Below are positions 39,760 through 48,434 of a DNA stretch of 64,000 bases, in pieces (position 1 is the stretch's first letter; the number at the start of each line of letters is the position of its first letter). The notes under the pieces were generated by a model. The model was given only the letters and a program-made list of their open reading frames with translations, made no database searches and was not told the origin of the DNA. The translations under genes were made by a program, and so were the position numbers. This stretch comes from Chloroflexota bacterium. Lineage in GTDB: Bacteria; Chloroflexota; UBA11872; VXOZ01. Location: assembly GCA_965221905.1 (NCBI GenBank), contig OZ244922.1, positions 1,664,001-1,728,000 on the forward strand. Reading direction: 5' to 3'.

Positions 39760-41202
39760 GTGAAGGTTGCCTGTGTGCTTATTACCCACTTGCGCGCCAA
39801 GTGCGAGTTGCGGCGGCAGCCCGCGCTGGCGGCAGCGTCGGCTGTGATTGTCGACCGCTCGGCGGGCAGCCCTCAGGTCAGTGACGTCTTCCCGGCCGTT
39901 ACCGGGGTAGCGGTGGGCATGTCGCTGGAAGAGGCGCTCTCCCATAATGCCAACGCCGTCGTCATAGAAGCCAACGAACCGGCATACCGGCGGACATTCC
40001 GGCAGGTGCTTACCTCCTTGCAGGAGATTAGCGACCGGGTGGAGCATGCGGCGCCGGGCGTCGCGTACGTGCGCCTCGACGGACTGGAGACCCTCTACGG
40101 CAGTGAAGAGCGGCTTGTTGCTGCCCTGCTGAACGCCGTCCCGCCGGATCTCGCGCCGCGTGTGGGCGTGGCGGACACAAAATTTCCCGCTCTGGTTGCC
40201 GCTCAAGCCAGCCGGGCGGGTGCGGTAACGCGGATTCCCGATTATGCGGCTGCGTTCTTGGCGCCGCATCCCGTTACGCTTTTGCCGCTCGGTCCCGCAG
40301 TGCTGGCGCGCATGCAACGCTTCGGCTTACGCACCCTGGGCGACGTGGCGGCCATGCGTGTAGACCAACTCAGCGACCAGTTCGGCACTGACGGTACACG
40401 GGCCTGGCAGCTCTGCCACGGCATAGACGACGAACCCTTTGTCCCGCTAAAACACGAGGAGTCTGTCACCGCGCACGTCACGCTGCCGTTTGTCTCTACC
40501 TCCCTGGAACTCTTCATGGTAACGTTGGACGGTCTGTTGAAGAGCGCGTACGCGCGACCGCAAATGCGGGGGCGGTATGCGGAGAAGGCCACCATACAGT
40601 GCAGCCTTTTCCGCTCGCTGCCGTGGGAGAAGGTAATCAACTTCAAGCACGGCGTGGGCTGCGAGCGGGCCGCGCGCATCATCAGAAGCCGTCTGGAATC
40701 CGACTATCCTCCCGCGCCCGTCGAGGAAGTGACGCTCACCCTGGCGAATCTAACGGGCGAGTCCGCTATGCAGATGGGGCTGCTCCGCGATGTCCGCAAG
40801 GATAGGACCGACCGTTTAGTAGAGGCGGACAGACAGCTCCAAGCCCGTATGCAGGGCAAGCGCGCGCTGTTCCGGGTGGTGGATATTGCGCCCTGGCATC
40901 CCGCGCCGGAGTTGCGCGCACTGCAGGTGCCCATCGATCCGGCAGTGAAGGACAGCATGAAACCGCTGGCGACGCCCACGGCAGCGGAAGTGCGGGCAGG
41001 TGAGGATAACCAGCCCGTAGCCGTACGCCTGAAGAACCGTTGGCACCAGGTAGCCTGCATCGACGACCAGTGGTGCTTCGATCTCTGGTGGCTGGCTGCG
41101 CCGCTTACGCGTACCTATTACCGGGTGCGGCGGGCAGATGGTATTCCGCTCACCCTGTTCCATGACCGGAGAGGCGGACGCTGGTATCAGCAGGTCTCAT
41201 AG
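39760..41202 (+). CDS. imuB: Catalytically inactive Y-family polymerase ImuB
   Basis: Y-family fold motifs without the catalytic acidic residues (VACVLITH; VEHAAPGVAYV), clamp-like motif QMGLL, C-terminal W..WW...RTYYRV domain. Confidence 0.85.
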   Translation: MKVACVLITHLRAKCELRRQPALAAASAVIVDRSAGSPQVSDVFPAVTGVAVGMSLEEALSHNANAVVIEANEPAYRRTFRQVLTSLQEISDRVEHAAPGVAYVRLDGLETLYGSEERLVAALLNAVPPDLAPRVGVADTKFPALVAAQASRAGAVTRIPDYAAAFLAPHPVTLLPLGPAVLARMQRFGLRTLGDVAAMRVDQLSDQFGTDGTRAWQLCHGIDDEPFVPLKHEESVTAHVTLPFVSTSLELFMVTLDGLLKSAYARPQMRGRYAEKATIQCSLFRSLPWEKVINFKHGVGCERAARIIRSRLESDYPPAPVEEVTLTLANLTGESAMQMGLLRDVRKDRTDRLVEADRQLQARMQGKRALFRVVDIAPWHPAPELRALQVPIDPAVKDSMKPLATPTAAEVRAGEDNQPVAVRLKNRWHQVACIDDQWCFDLWWLAAPLTRTYYRVRRADGIPLTLFHDRRGGRWYQQVS

Positions 41203-41212
41203 GGACAGCCGC

Positions 41213-44200
41213 ATGTTTTCGACAAAGTCGCCGTCTTCGACGCAGTCGCCGTCTTCGACGCAGTCGCCGTCTTCGACGCAGTCGCCGTCTTCGACGCAGT
41301 CGCCGTCTTCGACGCAGTCGCCGTCTTCGACGCAGTCGCCGTCTTCGACGCAGTCGCCGTCTTCGACGCAGTCGCCGTCTTCGACGCAGTCGCCGTCTTC
41401 GACGCAGTCGCAGTCCGCCGGATACGTTGAGCTGCACGCCAAGAGCTTCTACTCCTTCGGGACGGGAGCCTCCCACCCGCACGAGTTGCTCGCCCAGGCC
41501 AAGGCGTTCGGCTATGCTGCGCTCGCCCTGACCGACACCAACCTCTGCGGTGCGCTGGACTTCGCACGCCTTGCCAACAGCCTGGAGGTCCGGCCCATCA
41601 CCGGCGGCGAGCTCACCCTGCTGGATGGTTCGCGCCTTGTTCTTCTGGCCAGGACGCGGGAGGGCTATGCCAACCTTTCGCGGCTGTTCACGCTGGCGAA
41701 CGCCGTGGACCGTCGGGAGCCGCGGCTGGACCCGGCACATCTCCCGAAGCATGCTGCAGGCCTGATTTTGCTCACCGGCGGCCGTGACGGAACGCTGGCG
41801 CGATTAGTCGAGGCAGGCCGCCACCAAGCAGCGATGACACTGCTGAAAGAGTATGTGGCATGGTACGGCGACTTCGTCGAAGACAACGACCTCGTTGGAG
41901 ACAACCGGGACGCGGTGTACGTGGAACTGCAGCAGAACTTCCTGCGCGGCGACACCAAGCGCAATAGCGAACTGGCGCGGCTTGCCCAGGACGCAGGCGT
42001 ACCCGTGGTCGCTACCAACGACGTGCACTATCACGCGCCGGAGCGCTACCGGCTGCAGCACGCGCTGGAGGCCGCCAAGCGCAATATCACCATCGACCAG
42101 GCGCTTCCCCACCTCAAACCTAACCATCACCTGCACCTGAAGTCCCACGCCCGGATGGAGCATGTTTTAAAAGACTATCCTGAGGCCATTGCCAACACCG
42201 CGAAGATCGCAGAGCAATGCACGTTCGATCTCAGTACCGATCTTGGCTACACCCTGCCTGATCCCGACGTGCCGGAGGGCTTCACGCTCATTGCGTACCT
42301 GCGCGCGCTCTGCGAGACGGCAGCGGTGCGGCGCTACGGCACAATATCGGTACAGGTGAAGGCACGGCTGGACGAAGAGTTTGACCTGATCGAGAAACAC
42401 GGGCTCGCCGGTTTCCTGTTGCTGTATCGGGAGATCGTGCGCATTGCGCGGCAGATGATGGTGGAGCGCGGTTTGGTGAGCCCTGAAACGCCGTTGGAGG
42501 AGCGGCCGCCGGGCAGAGGGCGCGGCTCATCGGTGGCGCTCTTAGTCGGATACCTCATCGGCATCAGCCACGTGGACCCGCTCAAGTGGAATCTCACCCT
42601 GGAGCGCTTCATTTCCGCGGACATGACCATGCTGCCCGACATCGACCTGGACTTTCCGCGAGAGCTTAGGGACCCGTTGCTGGAGCGGGTGCACCGGCAT
42701 TTTGGGCCGGAGTACGCTGTGCTGGCCGGCGCTATCGCTACCTATTCGGTAAAAGGAATCGTCCAGGACCTGGGGAAAGCCCTGGGACTGCCCAAGGAAG
42801 ACCTGTCGCTCCTTTCCAAGCAACTTCACTCGCACGATGCCGTCAATCTCAAGGAAGAGATGCTGGCGCTGCCGGCTTTTCGGGAGAAAGTGACGGCTGC
42901 GGGGTGGCGCGACCTCATCCGGCTCGGGCCTGCGCTCATGGATGCACCCAAGGGACTTGGTCAGCACGTCGGGGGCATGATCCTGAGCGACACGCCCATT
43001 TCGGCGCTGGTACCCATTCGTGCCGGCGCTATGGAGGGCCGCTACATCATGGACTGGAACAAGGATTCCGTGGCGGATGCCAACTTTGCCAAGATCGACC
43101 TGCTCTCCCTGCCCGTCCTCGACCAGATCGAAGAGGCGCTGGACCTGATCGCAGCCAGAGAAGGAGCGCGGCCGGACCTGAGCCGGGTCGATCCTGAAGA
43201 CTCGCAGGTGTACGATATGATCAACGCGGGGCGCTCCATCGGCATCTTTCTGCTCCAGTCGCCCGCGCAACTCAAGATGGGGCAACGCCTGCGGTCGCGG
43301 ACTTTGCTGGATTTAGCCTATCAAGTGGCGCTTATCCGTCCCGGTGTCGGCGTGCAGGGGAGTGCGGTCTCGCAGTTCGTCGAGCGGTACCGGCACGGCG
43401 TCGCCTGGGAGTACGATCATCCCTTGGAGCAGCGCGCGCTGGAGCGGGGCTACGGCATCATCGTGTGGCAGGAGCAGGTGGTGCAACTCATCATGGACGT
43501 GGCCGGCATGACGGCGGCGCAAGCCGACGAAGTGCGGCGAGCGTTCGGCAAGCCCAACAACGCGCACCTGATCGCCATGCACTGGCAACATTTTTTAAAA
43601 GGCTCACGGAGTAGGGGAGTGCCTGAGGCAGTTGCGGAGAAGATTTTTGCCAAAATCAACGGTCACTACATGTTTCCGGAGAGCCACAGTCATGCCTTCG
43701 CCATCACGGCCTATCAGGCTGCCTGGCTGAAGCGCTACTACCCGCTGGAGTTCTTCATCGGCTTGATGAACAATCAGCCCATGGGCTTCTATCCGCTGGA
43801 AACCCTCAAGCAGGACGCGCAGAGCTTCGGCGTGCCGTTTCTGAATCCGTGCGTGAACCGCAGCCAGGTGCGGTGCATCCCCGCGGAGGGCGCGGTGCTG
43901 CTGGGGTTGCGGTTCGTCAGGGATATAGGGGAAGAGGTGGCGCAAAACATCGTTGCTGAGCGGGAGAGCGGCGGCCCTTACACCGGAGCGAGCGACTTCG
44001 TGCGGCGCACGGGGGTGAAGCCCCAGGCAGCGCAATCGCTGGTGCAAGCGGGGGCGTTCGACGGGATCACGCCGACTTCGTCGCAGACGCCGACTTCGTC
44101 GCAGACGCCGACTTCGTCGCAGACGCCGACTTCGTCGCAGACGCCGCATCGTCGGGTAGCGCTCTGGGAGGCCGGTCTCGCTATTCCTCCCGCCAAGCAT

Positions 44201-44665
44201 GGGCAACGCGCCTTTCCGGTGGCGACGGCAGACAATGTGCCCCAGATGGCGGACTTCGACGACTTCGAGCGGATGGTGGGCGAGTATGCGGTCATGGGCA
44301 TCTATCCCAAGGGGCACCTGATGGAGCACTTCCGACCCTCGCTGGGCCCTGAGGTGCTGCCCACCGTCGCGATAGAAGACGTGAAAGAGGGTGAGCGGAT
44401 ACAGGTAGCCGGGTGGCCGGTGGCGCGGCAGCATCCACGCGGCAGGGACGGCACGGTGTTCGTCACCATCGAGGACGAGGTGGGCAGCGTACAGCTCATC
44501 CTCTGGCCGCGGGTCTTTGCCCGCCACCGGAGAGCGCTGGGGAGTCAGGTGATCCTGGCGCACGGTGTGGTGTCACGCTGGGACGGCACCACCAACGTCA
44601 TCGTCTCAGCGGTGCGGGCGCTTGACGCCTCGGTGCCCATGCCTGCCTCTCACGACTGGCACTAG
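41213..44665 (+). CDS. dnaE2: Error-prone DNA polymerase III alpha DnaE2/ImuC
   Basis: YVELHAKSFYSF, TNDVHY, GRGSS, PDIDLDF, KIDLLSL, FPESH, NNQPMGFY, terminal SHDWH; ATG at 41213 just after the imuB stop. Confidence 0.95.
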   Translation: MFSTKSPSSTQSPSSTQSPSSTQSPSSTQSPSSTQSPSSTQSPSSTQSPSSTQSPSSTQSPSSTQSQSAGYVELHAKSFYSFGTGASHPHELLAQAKAFGYAALALTDTNLCGALDFARLANSLEVRPITGGELTLLDGSRLVLLARTREGYANLSRLFTLANAVDRREPRLDPAHLPKHAAGLILLTGGRDGTLARLVEAGRHQAAMTLLKEYVAWYGDFVEDNDLVGDNRDAVYVELQQNFLRGDTKRNSELARLAQDAGVPVVATNDVHYHAPERYRLQHALEAAKRNITIDQALPHLKPNHHLHLKSHARMEHVLKDYPEAIANTAKIAEQCTFDLSTDLGYTLPDPDVPEGFTLIAYLRALCETAAVRRYGTISVQVKARLDEEFDLIEKHGLAGFLLLYREIVRIARQMMVERGLVSPETPLEERPPGRGRGSSVALLVGYLIGISHVDPLKWNLTLERFISADMTMLPDIDLDFPRELRDPLLERVHRHFGPEYAVLAGAIATYSVKGIVQDLGKALGLPKEDLSLLSKQLHSHDAVNLKEEMLALPAFREKVTAAGWRDLIRLGPALMDAPKGLGQHVGGMILSDTPISALVPIRAGAMEGRYIMDWNKDSVADANFAKIDLLSLPVLDQIEEALDLIAAREGARPDLSRVDPEDSQVYDMINAGRSIGIFLLQSPAQLKMGQRLRSRTLLDLAYQVALIRPGVGVQGSAVSQFVERYRHGVAWEYDHPLEQRALERGYGIIVWQEQVVQLIMDVAGMTAAQADEVRRAFGKPNNAHLIAMHWQHFLKGSRSRGVPEAVAEKIFAKINGHYMFPESHSHAFAITAYQAAWLKRYYPLEFFIGLMNNQPMGFYPLETLKQDAQSFGVPFLNPCVNRSQVRCIPAEGAVLLGLRFVRDIGEEVAQNIVAERESGGPYTGASDFVRRTGVKPQAAQSLVQAGAFDGITPTSSQTPTSSQTPTSSQTPTSSQTPHRRVALWEAGLAIPPAKHGQRAFPVATADNVPQMADFDDFERMVGEYAVMGIYPKGHLMEHFRPSLGPEVLPTVAIEDVKEGERIQVAGWPVARQHPRGRDGTVFVTIEDEVGSVQLILWPRVFARHRRALGSQVILAHGVVSRWDGTTNVIVSAVRALDASVPMPASHDWH
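41228..41407. repeat. Perfect 18-bp tandem repeat x10 (TCGCCGTCTTCGACGCAG; SPSSTQ) at the dnaE2 N-terminus
   Basis: 180 bp of exact copies with partial flanking copies. Confidence 0.95.
41865..41905. repeat. Degenerate 18-bp repeat x2 in the dnaE2 PHP domain (GDFVEDNDLVGDN)
   Basis: ACGGCGACTTCGTCGAAG is 17/18 identical to the permuted reverse complement of the 41228 unit. Confidence 0.6.
44069..44146. repeat. Perfect 18-bp tandem repeat x4 (ACGCCGACTTCGTCGCAG; TPTSSQ) in dnaE2
   Basis: Four exact copies plus ACGCCG, just after the conserved AGAFD motif. Confidence 0.93.
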
Positions 44666-44755
44666 ACGCGGGGCAAGCCGGTGTAACGCGCGGCGCGGGT
44701 ATGGGATAATGGCACGCAATGAAGGTGCGCATGTGTCATACGAGCGGAGGGTACC

Positions 44756-45433
44756 ATGTGCGGCAGATATAGCCTCAAAGCAGACATCGCACAGCTCGCC
44801 ATGCGGTTTGAGTTTGCCGCCGATGAGGCCATACACGAACCGGCTTACAACATCGCGCCCACGCAGCAGGTGCTCACGGTCACGAACGACGGCGAGCGCC
44901 GCGCCGGGTATATGCGCTGGGGTCTGATCCCGTTCTGGGCCAAAGACGCGAAGATCGGCTACCGCATGATCAATGCCAGGGGCGAGACCGTAGCGGAGAA
45001 GCCCAGCTTTCGCACCGCGCTGCGCAAACGGCGCTGCTTGATTCTCGCCGATGGTTTTTACGAATGGCAAAAGCTCGGCGGCAAGCAGAAACGCCCGATG
45101 CGGATCATACTGAAGTCGGGGGAGCCCTTCGCGTTCGCCGGTCTCTGGGAGACATGGAAAGACCCCGAAGGCGAGATGGTAAAGTCTTGCACCATCATCA
45201 CGACGGCGGCAAATGACTATCTACAACCGATTCATGATCGGATGCCGGTGATTCTCCCGCGAGAATCGGAATCGTTCTGGATGGACAAGGATGTGGAAGA
45301 CCCCTTGGCGCTTACGAGTGTGATCGCGCCGTACCCTGACGATGAGATGGACGCATTCGAGGTCTCGACGCTGGTAAACAATACCCGGAATAAAGGGCCT
45401 GAGGTGATCGACCCTGTAGCGAGATTGGTCTAG
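44756..45433 (+). CDS. SOS response-associated peptidase (SRAP/YedK/HMCES family)
   Basis: N-terminal MCGRY, YNIAPTQ, INARGET, GFYEW, IHDRMP. Confidence 0.95.
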   Translation: MCGRYSLKADIAQLAMRFEFAADEAIHEPAYNIAPTQQVLTVTNDGERRAGYMRWGLIPFWAKDAKIGYRMINARGETVAEKPSFRTALRKRRCLILADGFYEWQKLGGKQKRPMRIILKSGEPFAFAGLWETWKDPEGEMVKSCTIITTAANDYLQPIHDRMPVILPRESESFWMDKDVEDPLALTSVIAPYPDDEMDAFEVSTLVNNTRNKGPEVIDPVARLV

Positions 45434-45511
45434 GTGCGGAGAAGCGCAACGAGCGACCACCCTTGTCGTGAGCGCTGGAAAGCTCAACACCGGACGTAAC
45501 GTGGACTCTTC

Positions 45512-46204
45512 ATGAAACAATCTTCTCACCCACGCGGCGACGTCGTGGAACCGGCAGGCCAGGGCGGATTGCCCCGGCGGACGGACTATGTCGGGCAGTT
45601 TGTCACGCTATCGCCGGTTGATTCCGAGGCGGATGTGAACCAACTCTTCCTGGGCACACATGGCTCCGCCATCAGAGAGCTCGTTTGGGAATACATGGCG
45701 TACGGCCCCTTTGAGACGGCAGAGGACATGCAACGCTGGCTCGAAGAGAGGGCAGCGTCCGATGATCCGCTCTTCTTCACCGTGCACCACCATGAATCTC
45801 AGCGGCGGGTGGGGATGGCGAGCTTTCTCAACATTGAGCCGGAAATGCGGCGTTTGGAATTGGGCCACATCTGGTATGCGGCGGACGCGCAGGGGACACA
45901 GGCAAATACCGAGGCTGTGTACCTCATGCTGTGCGAGGCCTTCGACAGGCTCAACTACCGTCGGGTGGAGTGGAAGTGCGATGCTCTGAACGCCCGTTCG
46001 CGGACGGCGGCTCTACGCCTCGGCTTCAGCTTTGAGGCCATCTTCAAACAGCACATGATCGTCAAGGGACGCAATCGGGATACCGCTTGGTTTGCACTGC
46101 TGGACAGCGAGTGGCCCTCCATCAAGAAGAACTTTCAGAGATGGCTCTATCACAATCCGGACTGGAAGTTGTCGCTCGCCGAACTCAACCGCGGTAGGCT
46201 CTAA
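45512..46204 (+). CDS. GNAT (RimJ/RimL-like) N-acetyltransferase
   Basis: LELGHIWY, YRRVEWKCDALNARS, GRNRDTAWF. Confidence 0.9.
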   Translation: MKQSSHPRGDVVEPAGQGGLPRRTDYVGQFVTLSPVDSEADVNQLFLGTHGSAIRELVWEYMAYGPFETAEDMQRWLEERAASDDPLFFTVHHHESQRRVGMASFLNIEPEMRRLELGHIWYAADAQGTQANTEAVYLMLCEAFDRLNYRRVEWKCDALNARSRTAALRLGFSFEAIFKQHMIVKGRNRDTAWFALLDSEWPSIKKNFQRWLYHNPDWKLSLAELNRGRL

Positions 46205-46319
46205 GTTAGAGGCAATAGTTATCGGGGACTTCTTGCAGGCCTCTACGACGATAGATTGCATAGACTTGCACCGCTCTTCAGGGACTTTTGAAAAACAGTT
46301 CGGAATGTGGAGGGATTCA

Positions 46320-46355
46320 CCCTCACCCTAACCCTCTCCCTCGACGGGAGAGGGA
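46320..46355. repeat. REP-like element, family A
   Basis: CCCTCACCCTAACCCTCTCCCTCGACGGGAGAGGGA between convergent genes. Confidence 0.7.
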
Positions 46356-46482
46356 ACTGGTCCGCTCCGCGAATCGTAGTGCAAGGGTCTCGGTTGGTGG
46401 AGAGGGGACGCTCTCACGTTTGCCCAAGCCAATCAAGTGTCTCTCAGCATCCAAGAATCTGCGTTGTTGCCGCTGTTCGCGG

Positions 46483-47151
46483 TCAGATTACAGAAACCGC
46501 GGACGGAGCGAGCGCGTTGGCGACCTCTTCCCGGTTTGCCAGTACGGCCCAGTGCTGGCCGACCAGCGCGGGGAACAGGTGCTTTGAAGTCTCATTGCCA
46601 TAGAGGATGCAGTCCTCCAGCCAGAGCCGCTTCTTGAAGTTGAGTTCCCTGCTTTGAATCAGGGAATAGAAGACGCAGGCGCTGCCGTACTGCCCGCATA
46701 GCACCAGGTTTTCAATGCCGGCGTTGTGCAGCAGATACTCCAGCCCCGTACCGGTAAATACGGAGCCGGTCGTTTTGCGTACCAGCAGTTCCCCAGGCAG
46801 GGGCGCCAACTGATCGATCACCGACATGGCGGGGGTGTCGAACAGGTCGTAGTCCCTTTCTTGCATGTGGAGTGGAGCATCTCGCTTGTCAAGCGTCCAC
46901 CTGGCGCAGACGGCATGGACGACGAGCGCACCGGCTTCGCGAAATATGTGAAGTGCGTCGGTGACGTTGGGAATCACGTAATCGAGCTCGCGTGCAAACC
47001 ACTCAGCCTTTTGGTGGTTGCCTTGTGCCAGCCACACCGGATTGCAGAACCGGTTCATCATGTCGATGATGATCAGCGCGGTCTTTTCCGGTTCGAGGAT
47101 TTCGTCTTCAGCGATACGCTGCGTGACGAACGAGTCAGTGTCGATGAGCAT
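46483..47151 (-). CDS. Isochorismatase-family cysteine hydrolase
   Basis: TALIIIDMMN (Asp), VRK (Lys), SACV (Cys) triad; start at MLIDT with GGAG RBS. Confidence 0.85.
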   Translation of the reverse strand: MLIDTDSFVTQRIAEDEILEPEKTALIIIDMMNRFCNPVWLAQGNHQKAEWFARELDYVIPNVTDALHIFREAGALVVHAVCARWTLDKRDAPLHMQERDYDLFDTPAMSVIDQLAPLPGELLVRKTTGSVFTGTGLEYLLHNAGIENLVLCGQYGSACVFYSLIQSRELNFKKRLWLEDCILYGNETSKHLFPALVGQHWAVLANREEVANALAPSAVSVI

Positions 47152-47349
47152 GCGACAGTCTCCCCTTGTAAAAAGTTTGAAACGAATATTCAGGGCGCAT
47201 CTAGGCACTCTGTGCAACGACTGGGAAGGGCATAGGTAGTAAGCCTAGTGCAATTTCATTTCAACTGTACTCTGATGCGTTGCCCTCTCCCTCGGGATAG
47301 GGGACAGAATCGGAGCGTCGTTGGGTGTTGGAACTAGGTTGAAACGGTA

Positions 47350-48279
47350 CTAGGCCTCTACTTCAACAGGCTGCGTGGACGGCTTCTTGGGCGGATCGGT
47401 TGCCCAATACCCGTGGTCGAGAAGTTCCTCGTACGTATCGGGACGGCGGTGATTCCAGGCGTCTTCACGGAAACTCGCGAGACCGGTTGTGCCACCCCGC
47501 ATGACCATCCGCGGACGGTCGAGGTCAAGTGTGGCAAGGGCCACGCCCCAGTAGCGCCCGCGGTCCGCCAACGCAATGCCGTCCGGTCCAATCACACTGC
47601 TGCGATTGAGGCACATGCCCGGCATCCAGGGCTCATGGTCTGTGAAGCCGTAGTTTACGGGACAGACGTAGACGCAGTTATCGATGGCGCGAGACTGGAT
47701 CACGGCTTCCCAGCCGACCTCGCCATACATGCTGTACATGGTGGGGTGAAAGATGATGTCGGCGCCTTTGAGCGCGAGAATGCGGAACCCCTCAGGGAAG
47801 AAGACATCATAGCAGATGGTAATGCCAATCTTGCCGAAATCCAGTTCGAAGACCGGCCAGGAATCGCCGGCGGTGAGACCCCACACTTCCTCTTCAGTGA
47901 CAGTGAGATGGACCTTGTGGTACCCGCCGATGTAATCGCCGTTGCGGCCGATGACCATTGCCACATTGCGGTGAACCCCGTCCTCCACGCCAACTACGGG
48001 AGCAACGACATACATACGGTGCTGCCGCGCGATAGCCGCCATACGCCGGTAGGTTTCCCCGCCGGGTACCGGTTCGCGCCAGCGGTGATTAGTCCCGCCG
48101 TCGCTGATGCCGCGAATGGTAAATGCCTCCGGTAGGCAGGCAATATCCGCCCCCTGCGCGGCAGCCTCGTGGAGCAATTCCTCCGCTTTGCCCAAGTTGA
48201 ACTGATAACGTTCCTCGTCACTCTCTCCAAGCACGGTATTCGGAGTGGAGCAAACGGCCACTTTCGCCAATCGAGCCAT
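47350..48279 (-). CDS. Carbon-nitrogen hydrolase (nitrilase superfamily)
   Basis: CLPE, YHKVH, ICYD catalytic Glu-Lys-Cys triad. Confidence 0.92.
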   Translation of the reverse strand: MARLAKVAVCSTPNTVLGESDEERYQFNLGKAEELLHEAAAQGADIACLPEAFTIRGISDGGTNHRWREPVPGGETYRRMAAIARQHRMYVVAPVVGVEDGVHRNVAMVIGRNGDYIGGYHKVHLTVTEEEVWGLTAGDSWPVFELDFGKIGITICYDVFFPEGFRILALKGADIIFHPTMYSMYGEVGWEAVIQSRAIDNCVYVCPVNYGFTDHEPWMPGMCLNRSSVIGPDGIALADRGRYWGVALATLDLDRPRMVMRGGTTGLASFREDAWNHRRPDTYEELLDHGYWATDPPKKPSTQPVEVEA

Positions 48280-48434
48280 GTCTAAACTCCCCTATCCGTT
48301 AGAGATTGCCAAGCAAACCAGACTCATACTCGCATGCTATTGAGTCGTGCGGCAAGTTCCAGGCAATGCAACGCCTAAAAGAGAACCAGGGGAGCGGGCC
48401 GCGCTCCCCTGGTCGAGTAGTCACGTTGTCACGT

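Noticed and set aside
41228-41407. CRISPR array
   Set aside because: Direct tandem copies with no unique spacers, no cas genes, and located in frame within dnaE2.
41228-44146. Diversity-generating retroelement TR/VR pair, since the units differ at A/T positions
   Set aside because: No reverse transcriptase; changes go in both directions and are identical in every copy rather than A-to-N randomisation.
45938-45955. Family-B repeat core CCTTCGACAGGCTCA inside the GNAT gene
   Set aside because: Encodes AFDRL at an ordinary position before YRRVEWK, lacks the rest of the element, and is probably coincidental.
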